Of a DNA stretch of 64,000 bases, positions 39,188 through 47,990 are shown piece after piece. The translations under genes were made by a program, and so were the position numbers. Within the stretch, counting starts at the first letter, position 1. Every line of letters begins with the position of its first letter. The stretch lies in contig DBDW01000012.1 of the NCBI GenBank assembly GCA_002293825.1, forward strand, positions 25,147 through 89,146, in the 5' to 3' direction. The notes below the pieces were generated by a model, which saw only the letters and a list, made by a program, of their open reading frames with translations, did not search any database and had not been told where the DNA came from. Source of the stretch: Candidatus Magasanikbacteria bacterium UBA922 (GTDB lineage: Bacteria > Patescibacteriota > Patescibacteriia > Magasanikbacterales > UBA922).

Positions 39188-39943
39188 ATGCATCCACTTC
39201 GTACGTGTATTGCAGGTGATATTATCTGTGAATTTCTTCCGCCACGTCGTGGTAATAATACTCGTGCGATTGTTCTGTGTGATGGTATGCCGAGTGTCCC
39301 ATCGAAACGTGGTGTGCTCGAATATTGGGCTAAGCGTGGATGGTGGGTCTTTCATCCACGATATCGAGGTACGTGGGAAAGTGGTGGCAAGTTTCTCGAT
39401 CATGATCCGACCGAAGATATTCGTGATGTGGTGCGTGCGATACGCACGGATACACTCGTGAACGCGTATGATGGAAGTGCAATCACGCCACAAAGTACGC
39501 ACGTGTCTGTTATAGGATCGAGTTTTGGTGGGACGGTGGCACTGCTTTCATCGCTCTGTCCAGAGGTGGATCGGGTGGTTGCATTCTCTCCTGTAATTGA
39601 CTGGGCACGCGAATATGAAAATCCTGTCGAACCATTGAGTTGGATGAAATCTTTTTTGGCACAGGGATTTGGTGAGGCCTATCGATTTCATGAATCAGAT
39701 TTTGATCGACTCGGACGTGATCGTAATTTTTGTAATCCGATTTCAGTGTGTGACCGCGTTGATCCGAAAAAACTGTGTATTATCTATGCAAAAGATGATA
39801 TGATAGTATCGGTTCCTGCGATTGAATCATTTGTGACACAGATAGGGTGCAGATCGATGGTGCGATCACGGGGCGGACATTTTTCTGTATCACGTTCTAC
39901 TACATTTTTTTTCGGCCGAGCCATTCGGCAATTTCTGAGATAA
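39188..39943 (+). CDS. alpha/beta-hydrolase-fold protein (dienelactone hydrolase/peptidase S9-like)
   Basis: Nucleophile elbow GSSFGG with downstream Asp/His positions. Confidence 0.7.
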   Translation: MHPLRTCIAGDIICEFLPPRRGNNTRAIVLCDGMPSVPSKRGVLEYWAKRGWWVFHPRYRGTWESGGKFLDHDPTEDIRDVVRAIRTDTLVNAYDGSAITPQSTHVSVIGSSFGGTVALLSSLCPEVDRVVAFSPVIDWAREYENPVEPLSWMKSFLAQGFGEAYRFHESDFDRLGRDRNFCNPISVCDRVDPKKLCIIYAKDDMIVSVPAIESFVTQIGCRSMVRSRGGHFSVSRSTTFFFGRAIRQFLR

Positions 39944-39953
39944 TATACATCGT

Positions 39954-41552
39954 ATGAAAAAGAGTTTGATGGCTATTCCTATTGTGCTCGCACTAGGTTT
40001 TAGTGTATATGCGGGGTATTTTTATTATACCCATCTTCGTGGGGTGGGGCCAGCGATTACTACGCCACCATATCCGATTGAAGATGTGGTCGATACAGAG
40101 CATGATCCACTGAGTCTTCCTCCGGGTTTTTCACTTGAAGTGTTTGCAAAAGATGTATCTGGAGCGCGTGTCCTCGTGTATGATCGATATGGGAATTTTT
40201 GGGTATCACGTACCAAAGAGGGGAAGGTCTCTGTGATTATGACTGCAAATGGTCAGGCGACTCGGATGATCGATGTCGCAACTGGTCTTGATAATCCACA
40301 CGGCTTGTTGTTCGATATTGAAAATCCCGATCGTCTCTATATTGCAGAAGAAGATCGTATTTCGTCGATCGATATTGTATATGACACATCATCTGGTGAG
40401 CCATCATCGTTCACCGGAGAAGATATGACTACACTTGTTACCCTGAATGCTGGCTCGGGATCTCATGATACGCGCTCACTCGCATATGGCCCCAATCAAG
40501 AACTATTGGTTTCAATTGGGTCTTCATGTAATGTGTGTGACGAAGCATCACCCGTGCGAGCAAGTATTCAAGAATTGAGAAATGTAGAAGGTGTGTGGAC
40601 ACTAATTCCGTATGCTACCGGACTTCGTAATTCGGTGTTTATGGACATAAATCCCGTCGATGGGAAATTATGGGCTACTGAAATGGGGAGAGATCTCCTC
40701 GGGGACAGAATTCCTCCTGATGAAATAAATATTATTGAAAAAGGAAAAAATTACGGCTGGCCCGTATGTTATGGTAATCGTATTCATGATGTAAATTTTG
40801 ATACCAAACAATATATTGTAGATCCATGTGCATCGACCGTGCCGAGTTATTATGATCTTCCTGCACATGTGGCACCACTCGGGCTAGCATTTGTTCCAGA
40901 GGAAAGTTGGTGGCCAGAAGAATATTGGAATAATGTACTGGTGGCATATCACGGATCATGGAATCGGAGTACACCGGTCGGGTACATGATTACTCGTTTT
41001 ATGATAGATGAAAATGGATATATTGTCGGAGAACAACCATTTGTCGAAGGATGGCTTACGAGAAAAAATAAAGCAATAGGGAGACCAGTCGATCTCGTAT
41101 TTATGAATGGGGATTTATATGTTACCGATGATCATGCGGGGGTGGTGTATCGGGTGCGCTATGAAAAACCTGCTGATACTCCAGTAGTACAGGATCCGGT
41201 AAATCCTGCTGATATGATTATGGTCGAAGGTTTGGATAATCCAGGTGTTATGTTTTCGTATTCGACCAGTAGTGACATGGTCGTGCTTACCGGTCGCGCA
41301 CGTGGTACAATGTTTTTTGAGGCAAGTTTTCCGGTTGTAGTTACTGATGATATTGGTACGATTGTGGCACAGGGAATTGCGACTGCACAGGGAGAATGGA
41401 TGACCGAAGATTTTGTACCGTTTAGTGTGACACTTACGAAGATTGATGACCCAGTCACTGCTACAGGAAATGTCACATTCTCGAAAGATAATCCATCGGG
41501 ATTACCCGAACACGACTGGAGTGTGTCATGGGATATTATATTTACTCCATAA
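39954..41552 (+). CDS. PQQ-dependent soluble sugar (glucose/sorbosone) dehydrogenase-family beta-propeller protein with a C-terminal extra domain
   Basis: GLDNPHGLLF, GKNYGWP and HGSWNRS motifs of the GSDH/YliI family. N-terminal TM/signal. C-terminal domain of about 130 aa. Confidence 0.75.
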   Translation: MKKSLMAIPIVLALGFSVYAGYFYYTHLRGVGPAITTPPYPIEDVVDTEHDPLSLPPGFSLEVFAKDVSGARVLVYDRYGNFWVSRTKEGKVSVIMTANGQATRMIDVATGLDNPHGLLFDIENPDRLYIAEEDRISSIDIVYDTSSGEPSSFTGEDMTTLVTLNAGSGSHDTRSLAYGPNQELLVSIGSSCNVCDEASPVRASIQELRNVEGVWTLIPYATGLRNSVFMDINPVDGKLWATEMGRDLLGDRIPPDEINIIEKGKNYGWPVCYGNRIHDVNFDTKQYIVDPCASTVPSYYDLPAHVAPLGLAFVPEESWWPEEYWNNVLVAYHGSWNRSTPVGYMITRFMIDENGYIVGEQPFVEGWLTRKNKAIGRPVDLVFMNGDLYVTDDHAGVVYRVRYEKPADTPVVQDPVNPADMIMVEGLDNPGVMFSYSTSSDMVVLTGRARGTMFFEASFPVVVTDDIGTIVAQGIATAQGEWMTEDFVPFSVTLTKIDDPVTATGNVTFSKDNPSGLPEHDWSVSWDIIFTP

Positions 41553-41555
41553 GTT

Positions 41556-41807
41556 ATGAAATATTTTATTGGCATACTGGTAAGTGCGCTCGGTGTATGT
41601 ATGGTAGTAAAAACTCAATGGTTTATTGAAAATTTTGGATATAGTGATTGGGCTGAATCAAAATTGGGCGGTGGAGGGACGCGACTTATGTACAAAGTAT
41701 TGGGAATTTTGTGTGTAGTCGGGACAGTACTCGTATTGACCGGAGCGCTCGGGGAAATGTTTTTGAGTATCTTCGGAACATTATTTGTAGGCGGAGCGCG
41801 TCCGTAA
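41556..41807 (+). CDS. small two-TM membrane protein (hypothetical)
   Basis: 83 aa, two hydrophobic helices, tightly packed between neighbours. Confidence 0.4.
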   Translation: MKYFIGILVSALGVCMVVKTQWFIENFGYSDWAESKLGGGGTRLMYKVLGILCVVGTVLVLTGALGEMFLSIFGTLFVGGARP

Positions 41808-42386
41808 GTGTATGTTGATCTCATTGTGTATTGTATGACGTATCATACCGGAAATCATCTTATCGATCCGTACGCACTTCTTGCCAAAGGGGGTGTGATT
41901 GAGGGTATGCATGTGGCTGATCTGGGGTGTGGGCGCACCGGACATGTGGTCTTTCCAGCGTCTCAGGTGGTGGGTTCCCGTGGAGTGATTTATGCCGTGG
42001 ATATTTTGAAAGATGTGCTTGAATCAGTCCGGAAACGCGCGGCGCTCGAGGCAATTCATAATGTAGAAACAGTGTGGGCAGATCTGGGTGAACCCCAGGC
42101 ACTTGCAATTCCAGAACGCACACTTGATTTAGGTTTTTTTATTAATGTCCTCTATCATTTCGATTCGTACGATACTCCATTATCAGAAGCTGCTCGAGTG
42201 CTAAAACCAAAAGGGAGGATTGTGGTCGTCGATTGGATGAAAAAACTTTCAGTTCTCGGTCCATCAGCTGATGCGATGGTCAATTTTGATCAGGTGATGG
42301 CGTGGGCGCGTGAACACGGATTCGCAGTGCAGGAAGATGTGGTGGTGGGCCCGTATCATCGAGCACTCATCCTGTATCGTGCATGA
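41808..42386 (+). CDS. class I SAM-dependent methyltransferase
   Basis: Motif I VADLGCGRTG. Post-I acidic residue. LKPKGRIVVVDW. Confidence 0.8.
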   Translation: MYVDLIVYCMTYHTGNHLIDPYALLAKGGVIEGMHVADLGCGRTGHVVFPASQVVGSRGVIYAVDILKDVLESVRKRAALEAIHNVETVWADLGEPQALAIPERTLDLGFFINVLYHFDSYDTPLSEAARVLKPKGRIVVVDWMKKLSVLGPSADAMVNFDQVMAWAREHGFAVQEDVVVGPYHRALILYRA

Positions 42387-42459
42387 AATCAGGTATGTGT
42401 TATGGGGAATGCGATTTGATACAAATCTCGTTCTATGTAGCGTATATCGTGTACGTCAT

Positions 42460-42846
42460 ATGTCTCTACGGAGGGGGAATACACGTACAATTGGGAAAAA
42501 AGGTGAGCGGATTGCCGCTGATTTTTTGATAGCCAAAGGATATGTGATTAGTGAGATGAATTTTCAAAAACGATATGGTGAAGTAGATATTATTGCGTGG
42601 CATGATAAGCCGTATGGCGGTAAGACACTCTGCTTTATCGAAGTAAAATTTCGGATACATAATGATGGGAGTGCAGAGCGGTCGGTAGGCGAGCAGAAGT
42701 TCATGCGTATGAAGAAAGGAGCGATTGCGTATTGTATCGATCACGATATTGAGAGTGAGAATACTCCGATACAGTTCGAACAAATAAGTATTTATGGGGA
42801 AGGTGTCGCGCAAGAAATTTTTCATTATGATATCGTGAACACTTGA
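42460..42846 (+). CDS. yraN: YraN/UPF0102-family endonuclease
   Basis: GEVDIIAW...LCFIEVKFR signature. The start is taken at the internal Met (MSLRRGN...) of track ORF 42310..42846. Confidence 0.7.
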   Translation: MSLRRGNTRTIGKKGERIAADFLIAKGYVISEMNFQKRYGEVDIIAWHDKPYGGKTLCFIEVKFRIHNDGSAERSVGEQKFMRMKKGAIAYCIDHDIESENTPIQFEQISIYGEGVAQEIFHYDIVNT

Positions 42847-43351
42847 TTTTTTGGCACAAATATGATTATCTTTTTTTGAACTAGTGAGCGGAGGGTCTGA
42901 TGTTTTTTCAAGAGACATTTCGTGTCTTCGTACCTCGGAATGGTCGTGCAGAATTTCTATGTCTTCGCACCATGTATCGGCGACGGGCTCCCGTGTGGAG
43001 TTGCACAGACATGTTTGTACTCGCGTTTCGGGTAGAGAAGGGAATGCTGAGAGCTGAGTTTCGTGGACTGTCATCTCGCACAATCGAGTTCTATTTTCCT
43101 GATTCTGGTCACACACTCTGCCTCTCGGGGGAAGCGCATACTCATGTGCTCATCCCTATCACCTCTCGAGTGAGACTGAATTGGATTATCAGAAGCTAGT
43201 ACCAGACCCTGTATCTCGTGTACAGGGTCTTCTCATATATTGACACAGCGCTCTATCTATGATATCATTACTATTGTAATAGTAGCATCATCAAATGCTG
43301 CTTTTTTTACACTCTTTTTCTAGTACGTAAATTATATAATTATATCATCAT

Positions 43352-44626
43352 ATGGCATCAGAAATTGTGAAAAGTATACAGTATATCTGTGACGAAAAAG
43401 GCCTCAAATATGAGGTGGTAATGGAAGCACTTCAATCTGCGCTCGGAGCAGCGTATCGCAAAGACTTCGGGAACAAGCAACAAAATATCCAAGTAGTATT
43501 CGATCCCGAGACCGGGGACATGAAAGTGTGGGATGAGAAAGAAGTGGTCGAAGATATTTCCGAAGAAACATTACTCCATGATCAGGAAGAATTGGCACGA
43601 CGACGAGAAGAAGTACGTCGTGAAGGACGCGATCTCACTGAAGAAGAGATTGCTGATTTGGTGCGCTTCAATCCGAAGACCCAGATTATGATTACCGAAG
43701 CAAAAACTCATCAGAAGAATGCGAAGCTCGGAGATATTCTAAAGATCGATCTCGAAGTACCAGGAGATTTTGGCCGCATGGCAGCACAGACCGCAAAGCA
43801 GGTAATCATTCAGAAACTTCGTGAAGCAGAACGCAGTACCGTACTCGAAGATTTCAAGAAACAAGAAGGACACATTGTCCAGGGTGTCGTACAGAGACGT
43901 GATCGACATACGGGAGGCTACATGATCGACCTCGGGAAAATCACTGGAATCTTGCCACAGAGTGAGACAGTGTTTCGTGAACGCTATACTCTCGGTAATC
44001 GTATGAAATTCTACGTGGCATCTGTAGGACAGGGAGTACGTGGTCCAGAAATTCTCCTCTCTCGCAAAGACAAGCGTATGGTATCATTCGTATTCGAACA
44101 AGAAATTCCTGAAATCGCAAGTGGAGAAGTGGTGATCAAAGGTATCGCACGTGATCCTGGTGCACGATCGAAAGTGGCAGTAGCAACAGATGACGAATCG
44201 ATCGATCCTATTGGTGCATGTGTGGGACAGCGTGGAAGCCGTATTACCACGATTATCGATGAGTTGGGCGGGGAAAAGATCGATGTGATTCTCTACAATG
44301 AAAACGCTGAAGGATATATCAAAGCTGCGCTCTCTCCTGCAAAAGTGGTGTCAGTAGAATTGAATGATGAAACAAAAGAAGCGGTAGTCATGGTAGAAGC
44401 AGATCAATTCTCGCTCGCAATCGGGCGTGGTGGGCAGAATGTGCGTCTCGCAGCAGAACTCACGGGATGGAAGATCAAAGTGGTAGAAAAAGATGGTACA
44501 CAGGTGGCGGTAAGTGATGGGGAAGTCGTAGAAGCTCCACAGGTCGTGTCTCCTGAAGTGTCTGTTCCAGAAGAAGCTCCACATGCTGAAGCTGAAGAAA
44601 CTGCTGAAGAGAAGACTCAAGAATAA
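43352..44626 (+). CDS. nusA: transcription termination/antitermination factor NusA
   Basis: N-terminal domain, S1 domain and two KH domains (GACVGQRGSRITTII; IGRGGQNVRLAAELTGWKI). Acidic C-terminus. Confidence 0.95.
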   Translation: MASEIVKSIQYICDEKGLKYEVVMEALQSALGAAYRKDFGNKQQNIQVVFDPETGDMKVWDEKEVVEDISEETLLHDQEELARRREEVRREGRDLTEEEIADLVRFNPKTQIMITEAKTHQKNAKLGDILKIDLEVPGDFGRMAAQTAKQVIIQKLREAERSTVLEDFKKQEGHIVQGVVQRRDRHTGGYMIDLGKITGILPQSETVFRERYTLGNRMKFYVASVGQGVRGPEILLSRKDKRMVSFVFEQEIPEIASGEVVIKGIARDPGARSKVAVATDDESIDPIGACVGQRGSRITTIIDELGGEKIDVILYNENAEGYIKAALSPAKVVSVELNDETKEAVVMVEADQFSLAIGRGGQNVRLAAELTGWKIKVVEKDGTQVAVSDGEVVEAPQVVSPEVSVPEEAPHAEAEETAEEKTQE

Positions 44627-44638
44627 TTGTATAACAAT

Positions 44639-44670
44639 AAAAACACCCTACATCTGTGGGGTGTTTTTTA
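44639..44670 (+). terminator. terminator after nusA
   Basis: aaaacaccctacatctgtggggtgtttttt. Confidence 0.6.
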
Positions 44671-45597
44671 TGATTTTGTGGAAAGTTTTTTCTTATTATG
44701 TGCTATGTTCTTGTGTCTAAAATTCAAAACTTTGAAATCGTTTTTCTGCAGATAGTCGTCGGTGACGGTATAAAGTACCGGGGCAAAATTAGTGGTAATT
44801 TTTTCAATTTTTTCTATATGACCATTAATGGTAGTTTCTTTGTAAATTTCATTATAGCGAAAATAGTGCGCACCTCTTTTGATGAAACAGTGATTTTTTT
44901 CAACGAGGTGAAACTTTTGTGGTATTCGATGAGGAGAGAGTATTTGTCCTTTGAGATGGGTATCGGTGAGCCATATTTTGATTTGAAGTGGATATGCTGA
45001 TGTATTTTGTACTTTGAGATCTATAAAATTGTACAAAATCGTTGCTCCTCCACCAAATGGTAATGTTCTTCGTGAATCTGGAAAAACATCCATAGAATGA
45101 TGATGTCGCTCAATGGTCTCAATCGGAGCGTGTAGAAAAATCCAATACAGAAAATTCGATAATTGACAGAGCCCGCCACCAACTCCCTCGACAATCCTAC
45201 CATGTGATAATAACATCCCATCGACATACCCATTTTCATATCGAGGTTTGCCAATAATGTTCCATAGTGAAAAGATATGCTTCGGCTGTATGACCACACC
45301 GTTTAATTTTTCAACAGCTTGTCTCAGATTGATAATTTTTTGTTCTTGTAGCCTAGGATCACTGTCTCCCAGTTTGCGTCGTAATACGGATTGATGTCTT
45401 GCTACGACACACTGAAAAAAATCCTGTCTCCTCTCATACCTAATTCTAGGATCAAAAAAGTTTTGTATGTTTCTATATATATGACGTACAGAAATAATAG
45501 GCTTTTTGAGAAATGGATATTTTCTGGAAAGCGCGATTCTTTTTGGATGTTCGTAGCGATAGATACGTGTAGCAATTTCTTTTTCGATGTTTGTCAT
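44668..45597 (-). CDS. VanW-like family protein
   Basis: 309 aa with the GGGLCQLSN motif characteristic of the VanW domain. Confidence 0.75.
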   Translation of the reverse strand: MTNIEKEIATRIYRYEHPKRIALSRKYPFLKKPIISVRHIYRNIQNFFDPRIRYERRQDFFQCVVARHQSVLRRKLGDSDPRLQEQKIINLRQAVEKLNGVVIQPKHIFSLWNIIGKPRYENGYVDGMLLSHGRIVEGVGGGLCQLSNFLYWIFLHAPIETIERHHHSMDVFPDSRRTLPFGGGATILYNFIDLKVQNTSAYPLQIKIWLTDTHLKGQILSPHRIPQKFHLVEKNHCFIKRGAHYFRYNEIYKETTINGHIEKIEKITTNFAPVLYTVTDDYLQKNDFKVLNFRHKNIAHNKKKLSTKS

Positions 45598-45643
45598 ACT
45601 TCACGCCCTAGCGTGCTCTTTTTAAAATTAAAAACGGCTAAAC

Positions 45644-46003
45644 TTATCTCAGAATTTTTTCCATCACTCTTCCTCGTGCTAATTCATCTACGAGTTTGTC
45701 GAGATATCTCACTTTTTGTGTCAACGGATTTTTGATTTCTTCGATACGATATCCGCAGATTGTACCCGTGATGAGATGCGCATTTGGGTGGAGTGTAGCT
45801 CGTTTGAAAAAAGTTTCAAATGTTACGTTTTCTTCGATGAGACTGTTTATTTTTTTTATATCAAATCCCGTAAGCCATTCGATCACTTGATTCAATTCTT
45901 CTACCGTGCGGCCTTTTTTGGTGACTTTTGTCACATAGAGAGGATAGATCGAGGCAAATGTCATGCGTGCCATTCTCTCATCGTGTTGTGGTGAGGTGTT
46001 CAT
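45644..46003 (-). CDS. DUF2200-family protein
   Basis: MTFASIYPLYVTKVTKKGRTVEELNQVIEWLTGF signature. The track ORF extends to 46138 but overlaps the next gene, so the internal Met is the more likely start. Confidence 0.55.
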   Translation of the reverse strand: MNTSPQHDERMARMTFASIYPLYVTKVTKKGRTVEELNQVIEWLTGFDIKKINSLIEENVTFETFFKRATLHPNAHLITGTICGYRIEEIKNPLTQKVRYLDKLVDELARGRVMEKILR

Positions 46004-46046
46004 AGAGTGTTTAGGTTTTCTATCGCGTACGCGATATTTTTTTAGA

Positions 46047-46454
46047 TCAATGAGTTTCGACGTACGATGTAAAATTGTTGAGTATGGATTGCCAGCCATT
46101 CCTCTGCATCTCTTCTGAATTTTCTGTTTCCGCGTCAAATATGATTGTTACCCTCGTTTTGCCATCAACATCTTCGAAAGATATGTCTACCACTCTCCCA
46201 TCATCCATCGTATACGTAAACTTTTCTCCGACAACAATCTCATCATATGTCGCTTCGAAATCAAAACCAAAACTCTGATCACGGGCTTCCATTCTCGCTG
46301 TATATGTTCCGCCGACCCGCATATCATTCTCCGCATGTGGACAGCACCAGTCGTCTGAAGCAAAGTTCCAATGCACGATATGTGCAGGATTTGTATAATA
46401 CTCCCACACTTTTTTCTTGTCTGCTGAAATTGTTGCGTGAATGGTGATTTTCAT
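46047..46454 (-). CDS. SRPBCC-superfamily protein (AHSA1/polyketide-cyclase-like)
   Basis: 135 aa. Pattern KKVWEYYTNPAHIVHWNFASDDW...GGTYTARMEARDQSFGFDFEATYDEI. Confidence 0.7.
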   Translation of the reverse strand: MKITIHATISADKKKVWEYYTNPAHIVHWNFASDDWCCPHAENDMRVGGTYTARMEARDQSFGFDFEATYDEIVVGEKFTYTMDDGRVVDISFEDVDGKTRVTIIFDAETENSEEMQRNGWQSILNNFTSYVETH

Positions 46455-46505
46455 AATTTTTTATAAAATGGACTAGAAAAATATTTTTTGAATTTGTTAT
46501 TGGTT

Positions 46506-46527
46506 GTTAGATGATATATTAAACATT
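46506..46527 (+). repeat. partial attC-like core (GTTAGAT-GATATATT) at the distal end of the cassette array
   Basis: ggttGTTAGATgatatattaaacatt lies immediately 3' of minus-strand ORF 46529..47158. It matches the 3' ends of the other elements (GTTAGnTGATGT). No partner inverse core was found. Confidence 0.4.
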
Positions 46528-46528
46528 T

Positions 46529-47158
46529 TTAATCCCCGATTTTAAGGAGTGTTCCGTGTTGCACATAAACTGGCATTTCCCAGTCGGGATGATTGGTCCA
46601 GGGATGATAAATCCATTTTTCTAAACTTTCATCTATTGTAATAATTTTGGCTGGCTCACCAAAAGCAGTTTTTATTTTTTCATTACTCCAACCTTGAAGA
46701 TCTGTTCCAATGTGCCCGATAAGACTACCTTGTCTCGCAGTTTGCATGTGTTTTAAACGCTCCAAGCGATATTCCTCTTGTGCTGATTTCAACCAATATT
46801 CCTTTTGCCAAATACCAAATGATCTAATACTAGTGATATTTGTGCTTGGAGCGAATGGATCTGGTCCCATGTTAAATCTGACTTCTCGAATAACCCAGAA
46901 TCTATTTGGGATTGAAAAAATAAAAACGATGAAAACAACGAAAGCTATTGGTATGTAAAAAATTGTAAATTTAATACTAATGCGCTTCGTTGTAGCCAGC
47001 CACAAATAATAAAAAAAGTTTAGAAAAATGGATACGATGAATGCAATCAGTAAATGCCCTCTATTCCAACCACGACCGTAAATGCCAGCCAACAGAATGT
47101 ATGCCGACACAAGACATAGAAATGCCGTGGGTACAAATAACAAGATTTTTTTCTTCAT
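46529..47158 (-). CDS. hypothetical membrane protein (cassette ORF)
   Basis: 209 aa with 3 N-terminal TM helices and no identifiable domain. Confidence 0.5.
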   Translation of the reverse strand: MKKKILLFVPTAFLCLVSAYILLAGIYGRGWNRGHLLIAFIVSIFLNFFYYLWLATTKRISIKFTIFYIPIAFVVFIVFIFSIPNRFWVIREVRFNMGPDPFAPSTNITSIRSFGIWQKEYWLKSAQEEYRLERLKHMQTARQGSLIGHIGTDLQGWSNEKIKTAFGEPAKIITIDESLEKWIYHPWTNHPDWEMPVYVQHGTLLKIGD

Positions 47159-47188
47159 AGCACGTAAATTAAAAATGTTTTATATTTC

Positions 47189-47264
47189 GCCTAACGGTCG
47201 CGTGTATGCGATGTGCGTCAGCATATGGGTGGAGCGAAGCGGAACCGCATACATGCTGTTAAAT
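47189..47264 (+). repeat. attC-like imperfect-palindromic element A (GCCTAAC ... GTTAAAT)
   Basis: 5' inverse core GCCTAAC (RYYYAAC). Arms gtgtatgcg / cgcatac. Internal ATATGGGTGGAG. 3' core GTTAAAT (GTTRRRY). The reverse strand reads ATTTAAC ... GTTAGGC. Followed on + by hairpin aatgat-gtattttcaaa-atcatt plus T7. Confidence 0.6.
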
Positions 47265-47279
47265 GATGTATTTTCAAAA

Positions 47280-47654
47280 TCATTCAGTTTTTTTACGAGC
47301 GGGCTTCACGAGCTTCATAATTAAGGTAAAAATTCCATAAAAAATAGTTGCCCAAAATATTGCATTGAGAACTATAGAAAATTCCCATACCCATGAAATA
47401 TTGTTACAAGCAGGTCGTGAAACAGTTCCGTGAAAGCCCATAACACAATCTGAATAAGTTCTAAATGGAAAACCTGACATGCCAATAACCTGCTTGCCGT
47501 TGTTTGTAGCATCAAACTCTATTTGTGCAGGGTACTCAATTTGATTGATCCTGGAATAACTAAAATCTGTTGTAAACACGAGGAGTGAAGCCCGCGTTAT
47601 TACGGCTATCAGGATACCTACTATTAGACTAATAATTAATGCTTTTTTATTCAT
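47280..47654 (-). CDS. small membrane protein (cassette ORF)
   Basis: 124 aa. N- and C-terminal TM helices with a Cys-containing loop. Confidence 0.5.
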   Translation of the reverse strand: MNKKALIISLIVGILIAVITRASLLVFTTDFSYSRINQIEYPAQIEFDATNNGKQVIGMSGFPFRTYSDCVMGFHGTVSRPACNNISWVWEFSIVLNAIFWATIFYGIFTLIMKLVKPARKKTE

Positions 47655-47673
47655 ATGATTTTGAAAATATTTT

Positions 47674-47800
47674 ATTTAACGTTCCTGCGTATGCGATGTT
47701 TGCCAGCGGTATAATTGCACGAAGTGCTTACCACTGGCAAATATGGGTGGAGGCTTGCGGAGGTACGGAGAAAGCCGTAACCGCATACGCAGTGTTAGCT
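47674..47800 (+). repeat. attC-like imperfect-palindromic element B (ATTTAAC ... GTTAGCT)
   Basis: Homologous to element A. It keeps ctgcgtatgcgatgt, ATATGGGTGGAG and aaccgcatacgcag, and has an inserted hairpin tttgccagcgg...ccactggcaaa. An 11-bp closing inverted repeat ctgcgtatgcg/cgcatacgcag. Followed on + by hairpin ccgacggtagtcgg plus ttgtttt. Confidence 0.6.
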
Positions 47801-47862
47801 GATGTATTCCTTTTCTTTTCCGACGGTAGTCGGTTGTTTTAAAAATTTTCAAATTTCTTTTT

Positions 47863-47990
47863 CCGTTTTGGGTGGTGGGCAGAGGGGAATTAAAGGGGTG
47901 AATGCCCGCCACCCAAAACACCTATTTCTGGTTTGAGGGAGGGGCAAGAGGGGAACTAAAGGGGTGAATTGCCCCGACCGAAAACATTCT
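47863..47990 (+). repeat. two tandem ~60-nt hairpin repeats with conserved loop AGAGGGGAAyTAAAGGGGTGAAT
   Basis: Copy 1 is gggtggtgggc-AGAGGGGAATTAAAGGGGTGAA-tgcccgccaccc. Copy 2 is gagggaggggc-AAGAGGGGAACTAAAGGGGTGAAT-tgccccgaccg. Located between the 878-aa gene stop and element B. Confidence 0.5.

Noticed and set aside
42466-43116. 216-aa minus-strand ORF
   Set aside because: It lies antisense across the YraN-family gene and the 3' end of the methyltransferase. It has no domain signal and reads as low-complexity translated antisense. The plus-strand genes have clear family motifs.
47863-47990. Possible CRISPR array
   Set aside because: There are only two repeat copies and no unique spacers, and the repeats are themselves hairpins with conserved loops. 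There are no cas genes.
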